Below, in pieces: positions 48,730 through 59,056 of a stretch of DNA of 64,000 nt. Each line of letters starts with the position of its first letter. Position 1 is the stretch's first letter. The stretch is from Minisyncoccota bacterium (GTDB lineage Bacteria; Patescibacteriota; Minisyncoccia; Phycocordibacterales; UBA1006): contig JALEGN010000016.1 of assembly GCA_022763365.1 (NCBI GenBank), positions 5,556 through 69,555 on the forward strand, read 5' to 3'. Both the position numbers and the translations under genes were made by a program. The notes beneath the pieces were generated by a model. It did no database searches, had not been told where the DNA came from, and was given only the letters and a program-made list of their open reading frames with translations.

Positions 48730-49452
48730 ATGAAGCAACTCTTTTATTTTATTATTGTCTGTATTTTCTTGACTTCGTGTGAACCAATTAATAAAAATTC
48801 AGTTCATATGGGTGACGAGGATTTCATTACTGTACGAGCAATCGAAAATGTAGAGCCAATTGACACCATTGATGTTGAGGATTTACGATTCTTCGTACTC
48901 CCCATGGAGTCGAATCAAATCGTAGGTTACAAATACATTGATTCTACTGTAACAGAACGGATGGATAGAATTGAAGTCGAATATGATTCAATTCCTATTC
49001 GTAAAAAATACATACACATGACATTACAAAGTAGTACTCTGTATGATGGTGTACAATCTTCTGGTTCTTTATATGAATATGAGATTTCTCGATTATATAA
49101 AGTAAACCTTAATACGCTTGTGGATAATGACACTGGAAAGGACTTGTATACGACTGCAGAAATTGTATCAGACAGTATCAGAAATACTGATTCTTCTGAC
49201 AATACTGTATTTGGGATGATCAAAGTACTAGGAAAATTAGGAATTGAAAATGTCTTAGTACGCCGTGATTTAATAGAACAACCTATTAAAGGTCAGATTG
49301 TTCTTTATTCAAAACTTGAGCGGTCCATTTCCCCAAAATTAGATTGTAATTGCACAAGTGCTCCTAAGGTTGTACTGCCTATTGAATTAAATATTGATAA
49401 ACGCTGGTCATACAAAACAACACCTGAAGAATTTAACTATCTTTGGCAATAA
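48730..49452 (+). CDS. Putative lipoprotein
   Basis: Signal peptide with lipobox FLTSC. 240 aa. Confidence 0.4.
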   Translation: MKQLFYFIIVCIFLTSCEPINKNSVHMGDEDFITVRAIENVEPIDTIDVEDLRFFVLPMESNQIVGYKYIDSTVTERMDRIEVEYDSIPIRKKYIHMTLQSSTLYDGVQSSGSLYEYEISRLYKVNLNTLVDNDTGKDLYTTAEIVSDSIRNTDSSDNTVFGMIKVLGKLGIENVLVRRDLIEQPIKGQIVLYSKLERSISPKLDCNCTSAPKVVLPIELNIDKRWSYKTTPEEFNYLWQ

Positions 49453-49458
49453 AACAAA

Positions 49459-49494
49459 ATAAAAACCGCATCTTTTTGATGCGGTGTTTTTTTG
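49459..49494. terminator. Bidirectional terminator
   Basis: accgcatc-ttttt-gatgcggt flanked by an A4 run and a T7 run. Confidence 0.55.
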
Positions 49495-49502
49495 TAAAGA
49501 AG

Positions 49503-51011
49503 TTATATTAATTTTTCCATAACTTTTTTGAATCTTTCAATAAGTTTAGAAAACTTTTCAAATTCCTTATCGGTTATTTCGTTTTCAAATTTCTTGATAT
49601 CTGAAATGAGTTTCTGCGCCTGTTCACGGCTTTTTTCTTGAGCATCGTCTACTGGCAAATAATCAAACTTTTGCTTTAAATCTCGGAAGGTATTGATCTC
49701 AGAACGGTGTAATTCTGCGTTTTTTTCAGCAGTATCAACCAATTCTTGAATTTCTTGATCCCATTCTTGGATTTTACGATGTATCTCTTCAAAACTTCCA
49801 GGATTACTTAGACTTCCTTTTTCTTCTGAAAGAGGGGCTTTTATTTCATCTATTCGCTTGAAAAAAGCAGTTGCCCTATAAGCAGTATTATTCTCAAGAA
49901 GTCGAATCTGGTTAATGGCTTTAACAAGATAAGCATCAAGATCAAAGTATGATTTCTGGACAAGCTCGTATAGTTTTAGTTCTTTAGGAAGATTAACTAT
50001 TAGATATTGCCTTTTATTTTCAAACAATTGTCGCAATTCTTGAAAATCATAATCATATGAGGAGTAAGAATCTCTTGGATCATTATTCCTCAGTTCTAAC
50101 AAGATTTTTTCATGACTATGCAGTGAGTTTTGCAATTTTTCTAAGATATCAGTATATATTTGCTGAGCCCATAGTATATCAAATTTAAAACCACTCAGTT
50201 CATCGAAAATCTCTCGAGCCTTTGAAGTTACCAATCCATAATCTCGTAGTTTTCTATTGAATGTTAATCGTTTTTTAATAAATCTTACAAAACGAAAAAT
50301 CACGCGATAGAGAAATACAATAATAACCAAAACAACAATACCTATACCAACATACTTTAAAACTGTAAGAAATTTATCAAGTGATTCTTGACTCTCACGA
50401 TCTTCGATTTCTTGCTGCAGGCGTTCTTGTTCTAAGAGTTCTTGTTGGTAAATTTTATCTCGTTGTTCCCAAAGTTCTATTTCACGTTGATGAGCTATAG
50501 TACTATTAACCAAACTAACGATTTCATTCGTGACGGAATTGAGAAATTCTTTGTTATCCCCTTCGAGGAAATAATTTCTATTTTGCTTTTTGATATCGCT
50601 GATATCAGAAGGATCTATTAGATCGCTTCGATACTTTAAATCAAAGACTCTGTCACTCGTTGATAATATAAAAAAGATTTGATTATCTGCTTCATATAAT
50701 CCCCAAGCACCAATAAGTTTATACAAATAGCTACCGAGATTATTATGACGGGCACGACTAAGTGCGGTGCCTTTTGTATCAACACCGTACCGAGCCAACG
50801 AATCAATAACAATAACACGGAAAGAAATTTCAGAATTGTTTTTGAATCTTTGTAAATACTGTTGAGCGTCAAGAAGTTCTTGTTCCGAAAACATTGAAGC
50901 TTCATCATACAAATACGTATCATCTCCTAATTCAGGAAAAGATATTAAAGTATCTTGAGCTGATACAGAAAAAGAAATACATAACAGAATTAATTGAAAA
51001 TACATTTTCAT
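49503..51011 (-). CDS. TPM-domain (TLP18.3/Psb32-like) membrane protein with a long C-terminal coiled coil
   Basis: Signal peptide, then a TPM-like region (…SEQELLDAQQYLQRF…FRVIVIDSL…), a TM helix, and a charged helical tail. Confidence 0.4.
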   Translation of the reverse strand: MKMYFQLILLCISFSVSAQDTLISFPELGDDTYLYDEASMFSEQELLDAQQYLQRFKNNSEISFRVIVIDSLARYGVDTKGTALSRARHNNLGSYLYKLIGAWGLYEADNQIFFILSTSDRVFDLKYRSDLIDPSDISDIKKQNRNYFLEGDNKEFLNSVTNEIVSLVNSTIAHQREIELWEQRDKIYQQELLEQERLQQEIEDRESQESLDKFLTVLKYVGIGIVVLVIIVFLYRVIFRFVRFIKKRLTFNRKLRDYGLVTSKAREIFDELSGFKFDILWAQQIYTDILEKLQNSLHSHEKILLELRNNDPRDSYSSYDYDFQELRQLFENKRQYLIVNLPKELKLYELVQKSYFDLDAYLVKAINQIRLLENNTAYRATAFFKRIDEIKAPLSEEKGSLSNPGSFEEIHRKIQEWDQEIQELVDTAEKNAELHRSEINTFRDLKQKFDYLPVDDAQEKSREQAQKLISDIKKFENEITDKEFEKFSKLIERFKKVMEKLI

Positions 51012-51051
51012 TTTTTAATTTTTTAATAATTTAACTTAATTAAATCACAAA

Positions 51052-51084
51052 AAAAATAAAAAGCTAGTAATTAGCTTTTTATTT
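51052..51084 (-). terminator. Terminator
   Basis: aagcta-gtaat-tagctt followed by a T5 run. Confidence 0.45.
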
Positions 51085-51423
51085 ATCGTCATCAGTTGGA
51101 ACACGTATGAACACCTCTTTTCCTTCTTTATTAATATGAGTTTTATATTTTCGTTTTTTGTTTTTTTCAATTTTTTTAAGTATTTCTTCCTGCAGATCAA
51201 ATCCCATAATTTCAGAAATACCTAACAAGAAAATAGCAACATCGGCCAATTCTTCACCAACACCCGATTCGTCTTGATTGTATTTTTTAAATGCCTCTGA
51301 AAGTTCTTCATGAGCGCGGCAGAATTCCTGAGCGATGTCGGTGGTATTAAATCCTTTATCGATTTTATTTTGATAAACGTCTTTTTGTAGTTGTTGAAGA
51401 TTAATCATATTTTTGTTCTTCAT
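51079..51423 (-). CDS. MazG-like nucleotide pyrophosphohydrolase
   Basis: EELSEAFKK…EELADVAIFLLGI, the MazG EExx(E/D) metal-binding helix pair. 114 aa. Confidence 0.5.
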   Translation of the reverse strand: MKNKNMINLQQLQKDVYQNKIDKGFNTTDIAQEFCRAHEELSEAFKKYNQDESGVGEELADVAIFLLGISEIMGFDLQEEILKKIEKNKKRKYKTHINKEGKEVFIRVPTDDDK

Positions 51424-51886
51424 TAATTATTAAATCATACTGAATACCAGCTTCAGCAAAAATTTCTCGTGAACGCTCTCCCCTATGATAGTCTTTCCAT
51501 GCAACAACCCGAGAAATTCCAACAGCACAAATCATTTTAGCGCAAGTATAACATGGTGTCATTTTACAATACAATGTTCCACCTTCAATTGATACGCCGT
51601 GACGTGCAGCAGCAGCAATAGCATTTTGTTCAGCATGTATTGTTCGAATACAGTGATCCGAGGTTTCGCCGCTAAGATGGGTAACACTGTGCATTTCGTG
51701 TCCTAAATCATCGCAATGTGCCAACCCTGATGGTGCACCAGCATAACCAGTTGTCAGAATTCTATTTTCCTTGGTAATTACACATCCAACCTGACCACGA
51801 TCACAAGTTCCGCGTGTACCAACCGATTGCATAATATCAATAAAATATTCATCCCAATTAGGTCGCTGATTTTTTGAGTCATTCAT
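51401..51886 (-). CDS. dCMP deaminase (cytidine/deoxycytidylate deaminase zinc-binding family, ComEB-like)
   Basis: HAEQNAI and PCYTCAK zinc motifs. Confidence 0.8.
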   Translation of the reverse strand: MNDSKNQRPNWDEYFIDIMQSVGTRGTCDRGQVGCVITKENRILTTGYAGAPSGLAHCDDLGHEMHSVTHLSGETSDHCIRTIHAEQNAIAAAARHGVSIEGGTLYCKMTPCYTCAKMICAVGISRVVAWKDYHRGERSREIFAEAGIQYDLIINEEQKYD

Positions 51887-51990
51887 AGTACTATTATTAT
51901 AGTAGTGAATTTCAAAAAATAACAGTTAATAATTTTACAAAAATTAAATTAATTGTTATATTAAATATGAATTCATTAAAATTTACACGT

Positions 51991-52518
51991 ATGATCAAAG
52001 CAATTGTTGCCTTTACAAATAACCAAGGTATTGGTTTTGATAATGAAATTCTTTTCAATATCAAAGCTGACCAGCAACGGTTTAAAGACCTCACCCTAAA
52101 CCAGGTTGTTGTCATGGGTCGAAAGACTTATGAATCCCTTCCAAAAAGTGTTCGTCCACTTCCTAAGAGAATCAATAAGATTCTTTCAAGAAATTCTGTT
52201 CAAAAAGAAGTTGGACTCTTTAGCTATGACGACCCTATGAAACTCCTTGCGAAAGCTCGTGGGTATTCAGGCGATATCTGGGTCATTGGTGGTGAACAGA
52301 TTTATAGTTTGTTTATGCCAGTTATCGAAGAAATTGAAGTTACTCGTATCTTCTCAGATAAAGAGGCAAACAAATTTTTCCCTTCATTTGAAAAAGAATT
52401 TGAGCTAACTTTCCAGTCAGACATGATGTTTGATAAGAAAAATGATGTTGAGTTTCAATACCAAACATGGACCCGCAAAAAGAAAACAAAAAAGGATAAT
52501 ATCCTCGAAGAAGTTTAA
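51991..52518 (+). CDS. folA: Dihydrofolate reductase
   Basis: Internal start gives MIKAIVAFTNNQGIG…. VVMGRKTYESLP and VIGGEQIY motifs are present. Confidence 0.75.
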   Translation: MIKAIVAFTNNQGIGFDNEILFNIKADQQRFKDLTLNQVVVMGRKTYESLPKSVRPLPKRINKILSRNSVQKEVGLFSYDDPMKLLAKARGYSGDIWVIGGEQIYSLFMPVIEEIEVTRIFSDKEANKFFPSFEKEFELTFQSDMMFDKKNDVEFQYQTWTRKKKTKKDNILEEV

Positions 52519-52525
52519 AATTATA

Positions 52526-52559
52526 TAAGCGAAATCGTTATAACGATTTCGCTTTTTTA
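52526..52559 (+). terminator. Terminator after folA
   Basis: 14-bp palindrome aagcgaaatcgtta/taacgatttcgctt followed by a T6 run. Confidence 0.6.
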
Positions 52560-52597
52560 TTTTATAATGTATAATTAAAAAAAATAAAGGTTATCTT

Positions 52598-52993
52598 ATG
52601 GCTTTACTTTCAACATTATACATTCATAAATTTGAGTATGGTAATTTTCAAATTTATGAAATTTCAGAAACTGATTACGATAAAGAACCTTTTGAAGCAA
52701 CCATTGTTATGTATAAAAATACTATCAATATCACCTTTCCTGATTTTGAAATCACAAATTGTTCTTTGGTAGACACTGATGTTATAGAACTTGAGCTTAC
52801 CAGTGAAAAACATCCTTTTATCTATAAACAAATAAATATGAAAACAGGAGAAAGAAAACATATTCCAGTGAATGAATCACATATTGCAGCATCATATCAA
52901 AAAATGTTTGAAATAAGTGATGAGGAACAACTAGAAATGTGTATTCAACAATCATTTTGTTTATCAGAAGAAATTACTATCCCAAAGGCCTAA
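52598..52993 (+). CDS. Hypothetical protein
   Basis: 131-aa ORF. Confidence 0.3.
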   Translation: MALLSTLYIHKFEYGNFQIYEISETDYDKEPFEATIVMYKNTINITFPDFEITNCSLVDTDVIELELTSEKHPFIYKQINMKTGERKHIPVNESHIAASYQKMFEISDEEQLEMCIQQSFCLSEEITIPKA

Positions 52994-53011
52994 GTAAGGT
53001 CTTTTTTTATA

Positions 53012-53040
53012 GAACAAAAACACCATGATGGTGTTTTTGT
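53012..53040. terminator. Bidirectional terminator
   Basis: acacc-atgat-ggtgt flanked by an A5 run and a T5 run. Confidence 0.5.
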
Positions 53041-53041
53041 T

Positions 53042-53464
53042 TTATCCTACGATTTCAATTCCCATTGATCGACATGATCCTGCAACAATTTTCTTTGCAG
53101 CATCAATATCATGAGCATTTAAATCTGGCATTTTAATTTCTGCGATTTCAGCTAATTGAGCATCAGTAATTTTCCCTGCCTTTTTAACATTTGGTCGTCC
53201 TGATCCTGATTTAATCCCAGCAGCTTTCAGGATAAGTCCTGCAACCGGTGGTGTTTTCAATACAAAATCAAAAGTTCGATCTTCGTAAACGTTAACCACA
53301 ACTGACAGCTTGTTTCCCATTTGGTCTTGGGTTGCTGCGTTGAACTGATTAACGAATTCTCCAATGTTTACTCCGGCTTGTCCAAGCGCTGGTCCAAGTG
53401 GCGGAGCTGGATTAGCCTTACCTGCATCAATTTGCAGTTTTAATTGTTTTACTAGTTTTGCCAT
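53042..53464 (-). CDS. rplK: 50S ribosomal protein L11
   Basis: …[26 protein letters not shown]…[23 protein letters not shown]…. Confidence 0.92.
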   Translation of the reverse strand: MAKLVKQLKLQIDAGKANPAPPLGPALGQAGVNIGEFVNQFNAATQDQMGNKLSVVVNVYEDRTFDFVLKTPPVAGLILKAAGIKSGSGRPNVKKAGKITDAQLAEIAEIKMPDLNAHDIDAAKKIVAGSCRSMGIEIVG

Positions 53465-53544
53465 AAAATATTAATTAATGATTACTAAATACAAAAATTG
53501 AGCACTCATTTTTGTGTTTGTAGAAGCATTTTCTTACCAAAACC

Positions 53545-54090
53545 TTACAGTTTCTTAATTTGTAAGAAATCAAGTTCAACCGGTGTTTCCCGACCAAACA
53601 TAGATACCAAAAGTTTAACTTTTCCTCGTTCAGTGTCAATACCATTAATTTTCCCTTCAAAATCAGAGAATGGACCATCAATAATCATAACTGTTTCATC
53701 AATTTCGTACTCAGAATCTTGTTTGATATTAGCTTTCTTCATACGATCGAAAATAGCATTGATTTCAGCTTCTTTAACGGGTACCGGATCAGTTCCTCCT
53801 GCTCCAATAAACCCTGTTACCCGCGGTGTATTTCGAACGACAAACCATGAATCTTCGGTAACGATCATATCCACGAGAATATATCCAGGATAAATTTTTT
53901 CATCTACCTCGGTACGTTTTCCGTTTTTAATTTTGATGACTTTTTCTGTTGGCACTAATACATCAAAAATTAATTCTTGCATACCAAGGGATTCAATACG
54001 TTGGCGAAGATTTCGCTCTACCGCATTTTCATATCCAGCATAGGTATGAATCGCGTACCAACCGCGTTTTCTTTTAACTTGATCTGACAT
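53545..54090 (-). CDS. nusG: Transcription termination/antitermination factor NusG
   Basis: NGN domain (WYAIHTYAGYENAV…) and KOW (…IDGPFSDFEGKINGID…). Confidence 0.92.
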   Translation of the reverse strand: MSDQVKRKRGWYAIHTYAGYENAVERNLRQRIESLGMQELIFDVLVPTEKVIKIKNGKRTEVDEKIYPGYILVDMIVTEDSWFVVRNTPRVTGFIGAGGTDPVPVKEAEINAIFDRMKKANIKQDSEYEIDETVMIIDGPFSDFEGKINGIDTERGKVKLLVSMFGRETPVELDFLQIKKL

Positions 54091-54098
54091 ATACCAAA

Positions 54099-54272
54099 CT
54101 AATTAATAAGGAAGTTAAGTCCGTAATTAGTAAAGATAAAATCAAAAAGACTGAGGTAATATGCGACAAAAAGTGAAATCACAATCACTACGAAGGTGTA
54201 GAGTGCGGTGGTATTTTTATCTGGCCAAACTACTTTTGCCATTTCTGCTTGTACTTGTTTGAGAAATTTCAT
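54099..54272 (-). CDS. secE: Preprotein translocase subunit SecE (short single-TM form)
   Basis: Not in the ORF track (57 aa). RC translation is MKFLKQVQAEMAKVVWPDKNTTALYTFVVIVISLFVAYYLSLFDFIFTNYGLNFLIN. KVxWP…TM is the SecE signature. Sits in secE-nusG-rplK order. Confidence 0.65.
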   Translation of the reverse strand: MKFLKQVQAEMAKVVWPDKNTTALYTFVVIVISLFVAYYLSLFDFIFTNYGLNFLIN

Positions 54273-54354
54273 AATACTGTTTTAACAAAACCATTAGCGA
54301 TTTTGCAATCTAAAAACCCGCTTGTTCTATTCCAAGGGGTCTTTATATAGATTA

Positions 54355-54383
54355 ACTGTATACCTGTTAAGGTTTTTAGTCAA
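54355..54383 (-). promoter_or_regulatory. Candidate promoter for secE-nusG-rplK (TTGACT-17-TACAGT on the minus strand)
   Basis: Plus-strand actgta (54355-60) and agtcaa (54378-83). Confidence 0.3.
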
Positions 54384-54389
54384 TTAAAA

Positions 54390-55241
54390 TTATTTAATAG
54401 TGTAAGTAATAGTTACATTCGAACTAATCGTATTCTCTCCTGTCGGTAATTCAGGGGCAAAGCTATCTTCCATATCAAATGATACTGCCTGAAGTTCCAT
54501 ACGAGCATATGGTTGTGGATACCAACCACCTTTATTTTCATTAAAGGAAACAACGTCACCTAATTTTACACCAAGGTCTTTAGCAAGACGTTTCGCCTTA
54601 TCTTTAGCATCATCAATGGCTTCTTCTCGAGCTTCCTCTTGCAGAGCTTCTGGATCTTCGATATCAAAATTTGGACCATTTAGGTTTTCAACACCTGTTT
54701 CAGCAAGGAGCTCAAGAACGGTTCCTACTTGGTCAAAGTCTCGTAATTTAAGGCTCACATTTTGAGATACATCAAATCCAGTCTGAACACGCTGACGATC
54801 ATTTCCTGGGAAATAGATAGTTCCATCTACCGCAACTTCTTGTTCACGCTCTACTCGTACATATTCATATTTAGGATAAATAGTATATGACTGTGTTTTA
54901 ATATCTTTTTCTTTGATACCTAATTCTTCAAGACCGTCTAAAATAGTTGATACTTTTTCTGAAATAACATCTTGAGCTTCTTTGTTTGTTTTTGAAGTTT
55001 CTTTGACGGTAAATGAGAAATTCGCAATATCTGGAGCACTGTTTACCTCGGCTGTTCCTGATACTGAGATTGTATTCTCATCGTAACGTTGACTACCTTT
55101 GGTTAAAAAAATAGTTCCAACAATAGCTAGTACCGAAAGAACAACAAGGAAAAGTGTTCCTGCATACATTAATAATTTTACGTGTGATTTTTGTTCCATA
55201 ACATATCTAGTATAACGTGACCTAAAAAATAAAGAAATCAC
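54390..55241 (-). CDS. SIMPL-domain (DUF541) protein
   Basis: N-terminal TM, then ISVSGTAEVNSAPDIANFSF… and a typical SIMPL layout. Confidence 0.5.
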   Translation of the reverse strand: MISLFFRSRYTRYVMEQKSHVKLLMYAGTLFLVVLSVLAIVGTIFLTKGSQRYDENTISVSGTAEVNSAPDIANFSFTVKETSKTNKEAQDVISEKVSTILDGLEELGIKEKDIKTQSYTIYPKYEYVRVEREQEVAVDGTIYFPGNDRQRVQTGFDVSQNVSLKLRDFDQVGTVLELLAETGVENLNGPNFDIEDPEALQEEAREEAIDDAKDKAKRLAKDLGVKLGDVVSFNENKGGWYPQPYARMELQAVSFDMEDSFAPELPTGENTISSNVTITYTIK

Positions 55242-55951
55242 TTTGGTGATTTCTTTTTAAAAACTCGTTCGATACTTTTTTGACTCAGCATATTTGCTGT
55301 TTCATTTACTATTATTTCGTTGAAATAGGCCCGCAGAGGATCAATGACGATAGGTGTTTCTCCAAATTTTCGAAAGCTTAATTGTAGATAAAGGCCTGGA
55401 TAATGATCGCGTGATAATCCTGATGTCGAAGCTGTTCCTAAAATAGCCTTGGTTTCAATTGGCAGCTCCGGATAACTTCCTAAACTGATTTCACGTAACA
55501 TTTTTTGATAAGAGTTAAATTTAACTAAAGGTTTTTTCAAATGACAGTACATACTGTGAAGAACATATCCGTCTTCGGTTTGAATTTGAGGATGTGAAAT
55601 AAGAACATAGTGACCATTGATAGCTCCAAAACCGGAATATTCTAATATTCCTGGTAAAATTGCATGAATTTTTCTCCCTGATTTTAAATCAAGAGATACA
55701 CCAGTATGAAAATAACGTGGTTCTTTGGTTACCGGATGAACACGGTATCCAAAATATCCAAATAATGGGTTGATGTAATTTTTGATATTCCTAAGGACTG
55801 GTGAATGAAATTTTAATGACGTTACATAATCATAAAATTTATTCCAAAACTCTGGATATTTTTCAGTATCAGGAACAAGATATGTTTCTTCAAAATTTGG
55901 ACGGTGAGGCCTCGGCATTGATGAATTGTAAATAGGAGGAAGGAGAATCAT
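55238..55951 (-). CDS. M23-family peptidase
   Basis: FHTGVSLD and a …HSMYCHL… HxH motif. Confidence 0.6.
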   Translation of the reverse strand: MILLPPIYNSSMPRPHRPNFEETYLVPDTEKYPEFWNKFYDYVTSLKFHSPVLRNIKNYINPLFGYFGYRVHPVTKEPRYFHTGVSLDLKSGRKIHAILPGILEYSGFGAINGHYVLISHPQIQTEDGYVLHSMYCHLKKPLVKFNSYQKMLREISLGSYPELPIETKAILGTASTSGLSRDHYPGLYLQLSFRKFGETPIVIDPLRAYFNEIIVNETANMLSQKSIERVFKKKSPK

Positions 55952-55963
55952 ATCTACAGTATA

Positions 55964-56974
55964 TTACAAAATGATAACTTCAGGTTCAAAAATAATATCA
56001 AACTGTTCTTTAACCTCTTTAATAATCTTTTGGGCAAAATCCCAAACCTCTTCACCTGTAGCATTTCCATAGTTAACTAACACTAGGGCGTGTTTATCAT
56101 AAGTTCCTACATTTCCCTCTTTAATACCTTTGTATCCCAGCGTTTCGATAATCCATCCTGCTGGGATTTTAACCTGCCCATTTTCAAGTTCATAAAATGG
56201 CATGTCTGGATATTTTTGTTGAATAGTTTGAAAATGCTCTTCTAAAATTACTGGATTTTTAAAGAAACTTCCTGCCATACCAATTTCACCAACATCAGGT
56301 AATTTACGCTGCCGGATTTCAGTAACAACAGATGCCATATCTTTTGCTGATGGGTCAGTTATGCCATGCTCTTTTAAAGTATTTACAATAGCTCCATATT
56401 CAAGATTCAAGCGAGGTATTTTTGATAAACGAAATGTTACTGATATAACAAAATAGCGATGAGGTTCTTGCTTAAAAATACTATCTCGATAGCCAAAATT
56501 ACAGTCACTATTACCTAATATAATGATTTCATTTGTTTTGAAATCGTACACCTTAACGGAAATAATGGTGTCTTTGGCTTCAACACCATAGGCGCCAATA
56601 TTCTGAACCGGTGCTGCACCGACGGTTCCTGGGATAAGGGCTAGGTTTTCTATCCCCCAATAATCCTTTTCCACCGACCACAATACTAACTCAGACCATG
56701 ATTCACCTGAAAACACTTCAACATCAGTCACTTTTTCATCTTCATAAACAATTTCTTTGCCACTGAGTTTATTAACCACAATTAGTCCATTATAATCTTT
56801 GGTAAAAAGAATATTACTGCCGCCTCCTAAAATATAAGGATTATTTACCCATACATTTGTCTTAATTAATTCATGGAAATCACCCAAGGTTTCTAGAATA
56901 GTAAAATATCGAGCTTCTGACTGTGTCATAAACGTCGTATACGGTTGTAGCGATACATGCTCTAATATCTTCAT
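55964..56974 (-). CDS. murB: UDP-N-acetylenolpyruvoylglucosamine reductase
   Basis: FAD-binding LGGGSNILF and a MurB C-terminal domain. 336 aa. Confidence 0.8.
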   Translation of the reverse strand: MKILEHVSLQPYTTFMTQSEARYFTILETLGDFHELIKTNVWVNNPYILGGGSNILFTKDYNGLIVVNKLSGKEIVYEDEKVTDVEVFSGESWSELVLWSVEKDYWGIENLALIPGTVGAAPVQNIGAYGVEAKDTIISVKVYDFKTNEIIILGNSDCNFGYRDSIFKQEPHRYFVISVTFRLSKIPRLNLEYGAIVNTLKEHGITDPSAKDMASVVTEIRQRKLPDVGEIGMAGSFFKNPVILEEHFQTIQQKYPDMPFYELENGQVKIPAGWIIETLGYKGIKEGNVGTYDKHALVLVNYGNATGEEVWDFAQKIIKEVKEQFDIIFEPEVIIL

Positions 56975-56993
56975 ATCTCTATTCTTAAGGAAA

Positions 56994-57027
56994 TAAAAAA
57001 TAACTCAATACTCTTGAGTTATTTTTT
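56994..57027 (-). terminator. Terminator
   Basis: taactcaa-tactc-ttgagtta followed by a T6 run. Confidence 0.45.
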
Positions 57028-57040
57028 ATTAAGCTTCTGT

Positions 57041-57820
57041 TTATTCTTCACCTTCGGTGACCAATTCAGCTTCTACGCCGACGCTGAGGTCAAGGTTTTC
57101 ATTCACAAAGGTATTCACATCAACGATTTCCCCGTTGAATACAAATCCTGGTGTTCCTGGAATTCCTAACTCTTGAGCTTCATCGAAGTGTGAGTTTACT
57201 AAATCTTTAACTTGATCTGATTCCATATCAAATCGGAATCGATCTTCGTTCAGTCCCAACTCAAGTGCGTAGGTTCTGAAAAATCGTTCTGGATTAAATG
57301 ATTGTGACCATTCTGACTGATTTTCAAACAAAAGATCATGCATTTCCCAAAACATTCCTTGCATCCCTGCTGCTTCAGCAGCTTGAGCTGCAAGTTGTGC
57401 ATTTGGATGAATTGAACGTAATGGATAGTGACGATATTCAAGGGCGAATTGATCACCATATTGCTCTACCAAGGCATCTACCGCTGGAGCTGCTGCCTTA
57501 CACGCTGGACATTGAAAGTCTGAGTATTCAATGAGAATATTCCCGCTTTCTGCATTTCCTTTAATACGCGGTTCAAGGGCGCTCACCTCAAGGTTAGCAA
57601 ATGCCGCTTCATCAATTGGATCACCTGATTGTGATACAAAAAATGAAATAATTAATAATGCTACGACCGCAATAATTCCTCCGGTCCAAAGGCGTCGATT
57701 TCGACGTTTTTTTGATGTATTTCCCATATGTAAAATTATAGTGGAGCTCATAATTTTTGCAAAGAAAAAGCCAGTAGAACTGACTTTTTTATTTAATCTT
57801 GAACCAGCGTTTTTTACCAA
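57041..57820 (-). CDS. DsbA-like thiol:disulfide oxidoreductase (membrane-anchored)
   Basis: TM anchor, the CPAC thioredoxin motif, and a DsbA-type helical insertion. Confidence 0.65.
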   Translation of the reverse strand: MVKNAGSRLNKKVSSTGFFFAKIMSSTIILHMGNTSKKRRNRRLWTGGIIAVVALLIISFFVSQSGDPIDEAAFANLEVSALEPRIKGNAESGNILIEYSDFQCPACKAAAPAVDALVEQYGDQFALEYRHYPLRSIHPNAQLAAQAAEAAGMQGMFWEMHDLLFENQSEWSQSFNPERFFRTYALELGLNEDRFRFDMESDQVKDLVNSHFDEAQELGIPGTPGFVFNGEIVDVNTFVNENLDLSVGVEAELVTEGEE

Positions 57821-58988
57821 TTTGAATAGTATCCCCTGATACTAATTCGTCATCTATTGATAGTTTATTACCTTCACGTTTTACAGCACCTTCACTCAAT
57901 GAACGTCTAATTTGTGATTTACTTTCCTCTGTTCCTTTTGCCAGGGTTTCGATAATATCACTCTCAAGTTCAATTTCTGGGATATCTGATGGTTTATTAT
58001 CTTTTTGAACATCATTAATCCAAGAAACCTTGGCAGTATCAGCTTCATCTTCAGAATGAAATCGACTTACAATTGCATGCGCTAAGTCAAATTTAATATC
58101 ACGAGGATTTTCATCAGAATCCAATCGCCCATCGATAGTAGATAAATCAACATCGGTTAATAACTCAAAACCATTTCGTAACATCCCGTCAGACCAGGTC
58201 ATAATTTTTTTGAACTTTTCATCTGCTGAGTCGAGGAAGGATAACATATTCCCCGTCGTCTTTCCCATTTTCTCACCATTATTATCGACAAGAAGTTTCA
58301 TCGGGATTACAAATTTTTCTTTAGCTTCTGACTGGTTCTTCAATAAATCACGTCCTACGAGCATATTAAAAGTTTGATCATTTCCACCAACTTCACCATC
58401 AACATTCATAGCAACTGAATCATATCCTTGCATCAGTGGATACATAAATTCATGAATATACACCGGTGTTCCAGATTCTACTCGGCGCCGGAACATATCA
58501 CGATCTAACATACGCTGTACGGTCATTTGTGATGCTAATTCTAAAACATCAGCAAAATTCATTTTTCCAAGCCAATCATTATTAAATTTTAATTCAGCTG
58601 GATTGTCACCGTCAAAATTAAGAACACTTGAGGCCTGATCTTTATAGAGTTTACAATTTTCCAAAATCTCTTCATGGGTTAATTGCTTGCGGGCCTCTTT
58701 TTTATCAGGATCTCCAATACGTGCCGTAAAATCACCAATCAAGAGAATAATTTTATGTCCAAGGTTTTGTAGTTGACGTAGTTTAATCAAAGGAATCATA
58801 TGTCCCATATGCAAGGTTGGACCAGTCGGATCGATACCAAGATAAATAGTTAGTTGTTTCCCTTCTGATAATCGCGCTCTTAGAAAATCTTCATTCGGGA
58901 AAATTCGTTCAACACCACGGTTTACCACCGTTTCAATCATGTTTTTGTCAGTAGAGATATTCATAGATAAAGTATAACCTTGGAGCAT
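57789..58988 (-). CDS. tyrS: Tyrosyl-tRNA synthetase
   Basis: HMGH (HIGH), KMGKT (KMSKS), and a C-terminal S4 domain. Confidence 0.9.
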   Translation of the reverse strand: MLQGYTLSMNISTDKNMIETVVNRGVERIFPNEDFLRARLSEGKQLTIYLGIDPTGPTLHMGHMIPLIKLRQLQNLGHKIILLIGDFTARIGDPDKKEARKQLTHEEILENCKLYKDQASSVLNFDGDNPAELKFNNDWLGKMNFADVLELASQMTVQRMLDRDMFRRRVESGTPVYIHEFMYPLMQGYDSVAMNVDGEVGGNDQTFNMLVGRDLLKNQSEAKEKFVIPMKLLVDNNGEKMGKTTGNMLSFLDSADEKFKKIMTWSDGMLRNGFELLTDVDLSTIDGRLDSDENPRDIKFDLAHAIVSRFHSEDEADTAKVSWINDVQKDNKPSDIPEIELESDIIETLAKGTEESKSQIRRSLSEGAVKREGNKLSIDDELVSGDTIQIGKKRWFKIK

Positions 58989-59056
58989 AATTATTCAATG
59001 GTATGTATCAAAAGCAAAATTTATGTTTAAATAAAAAGGAGTAAAAATTAAATTAT

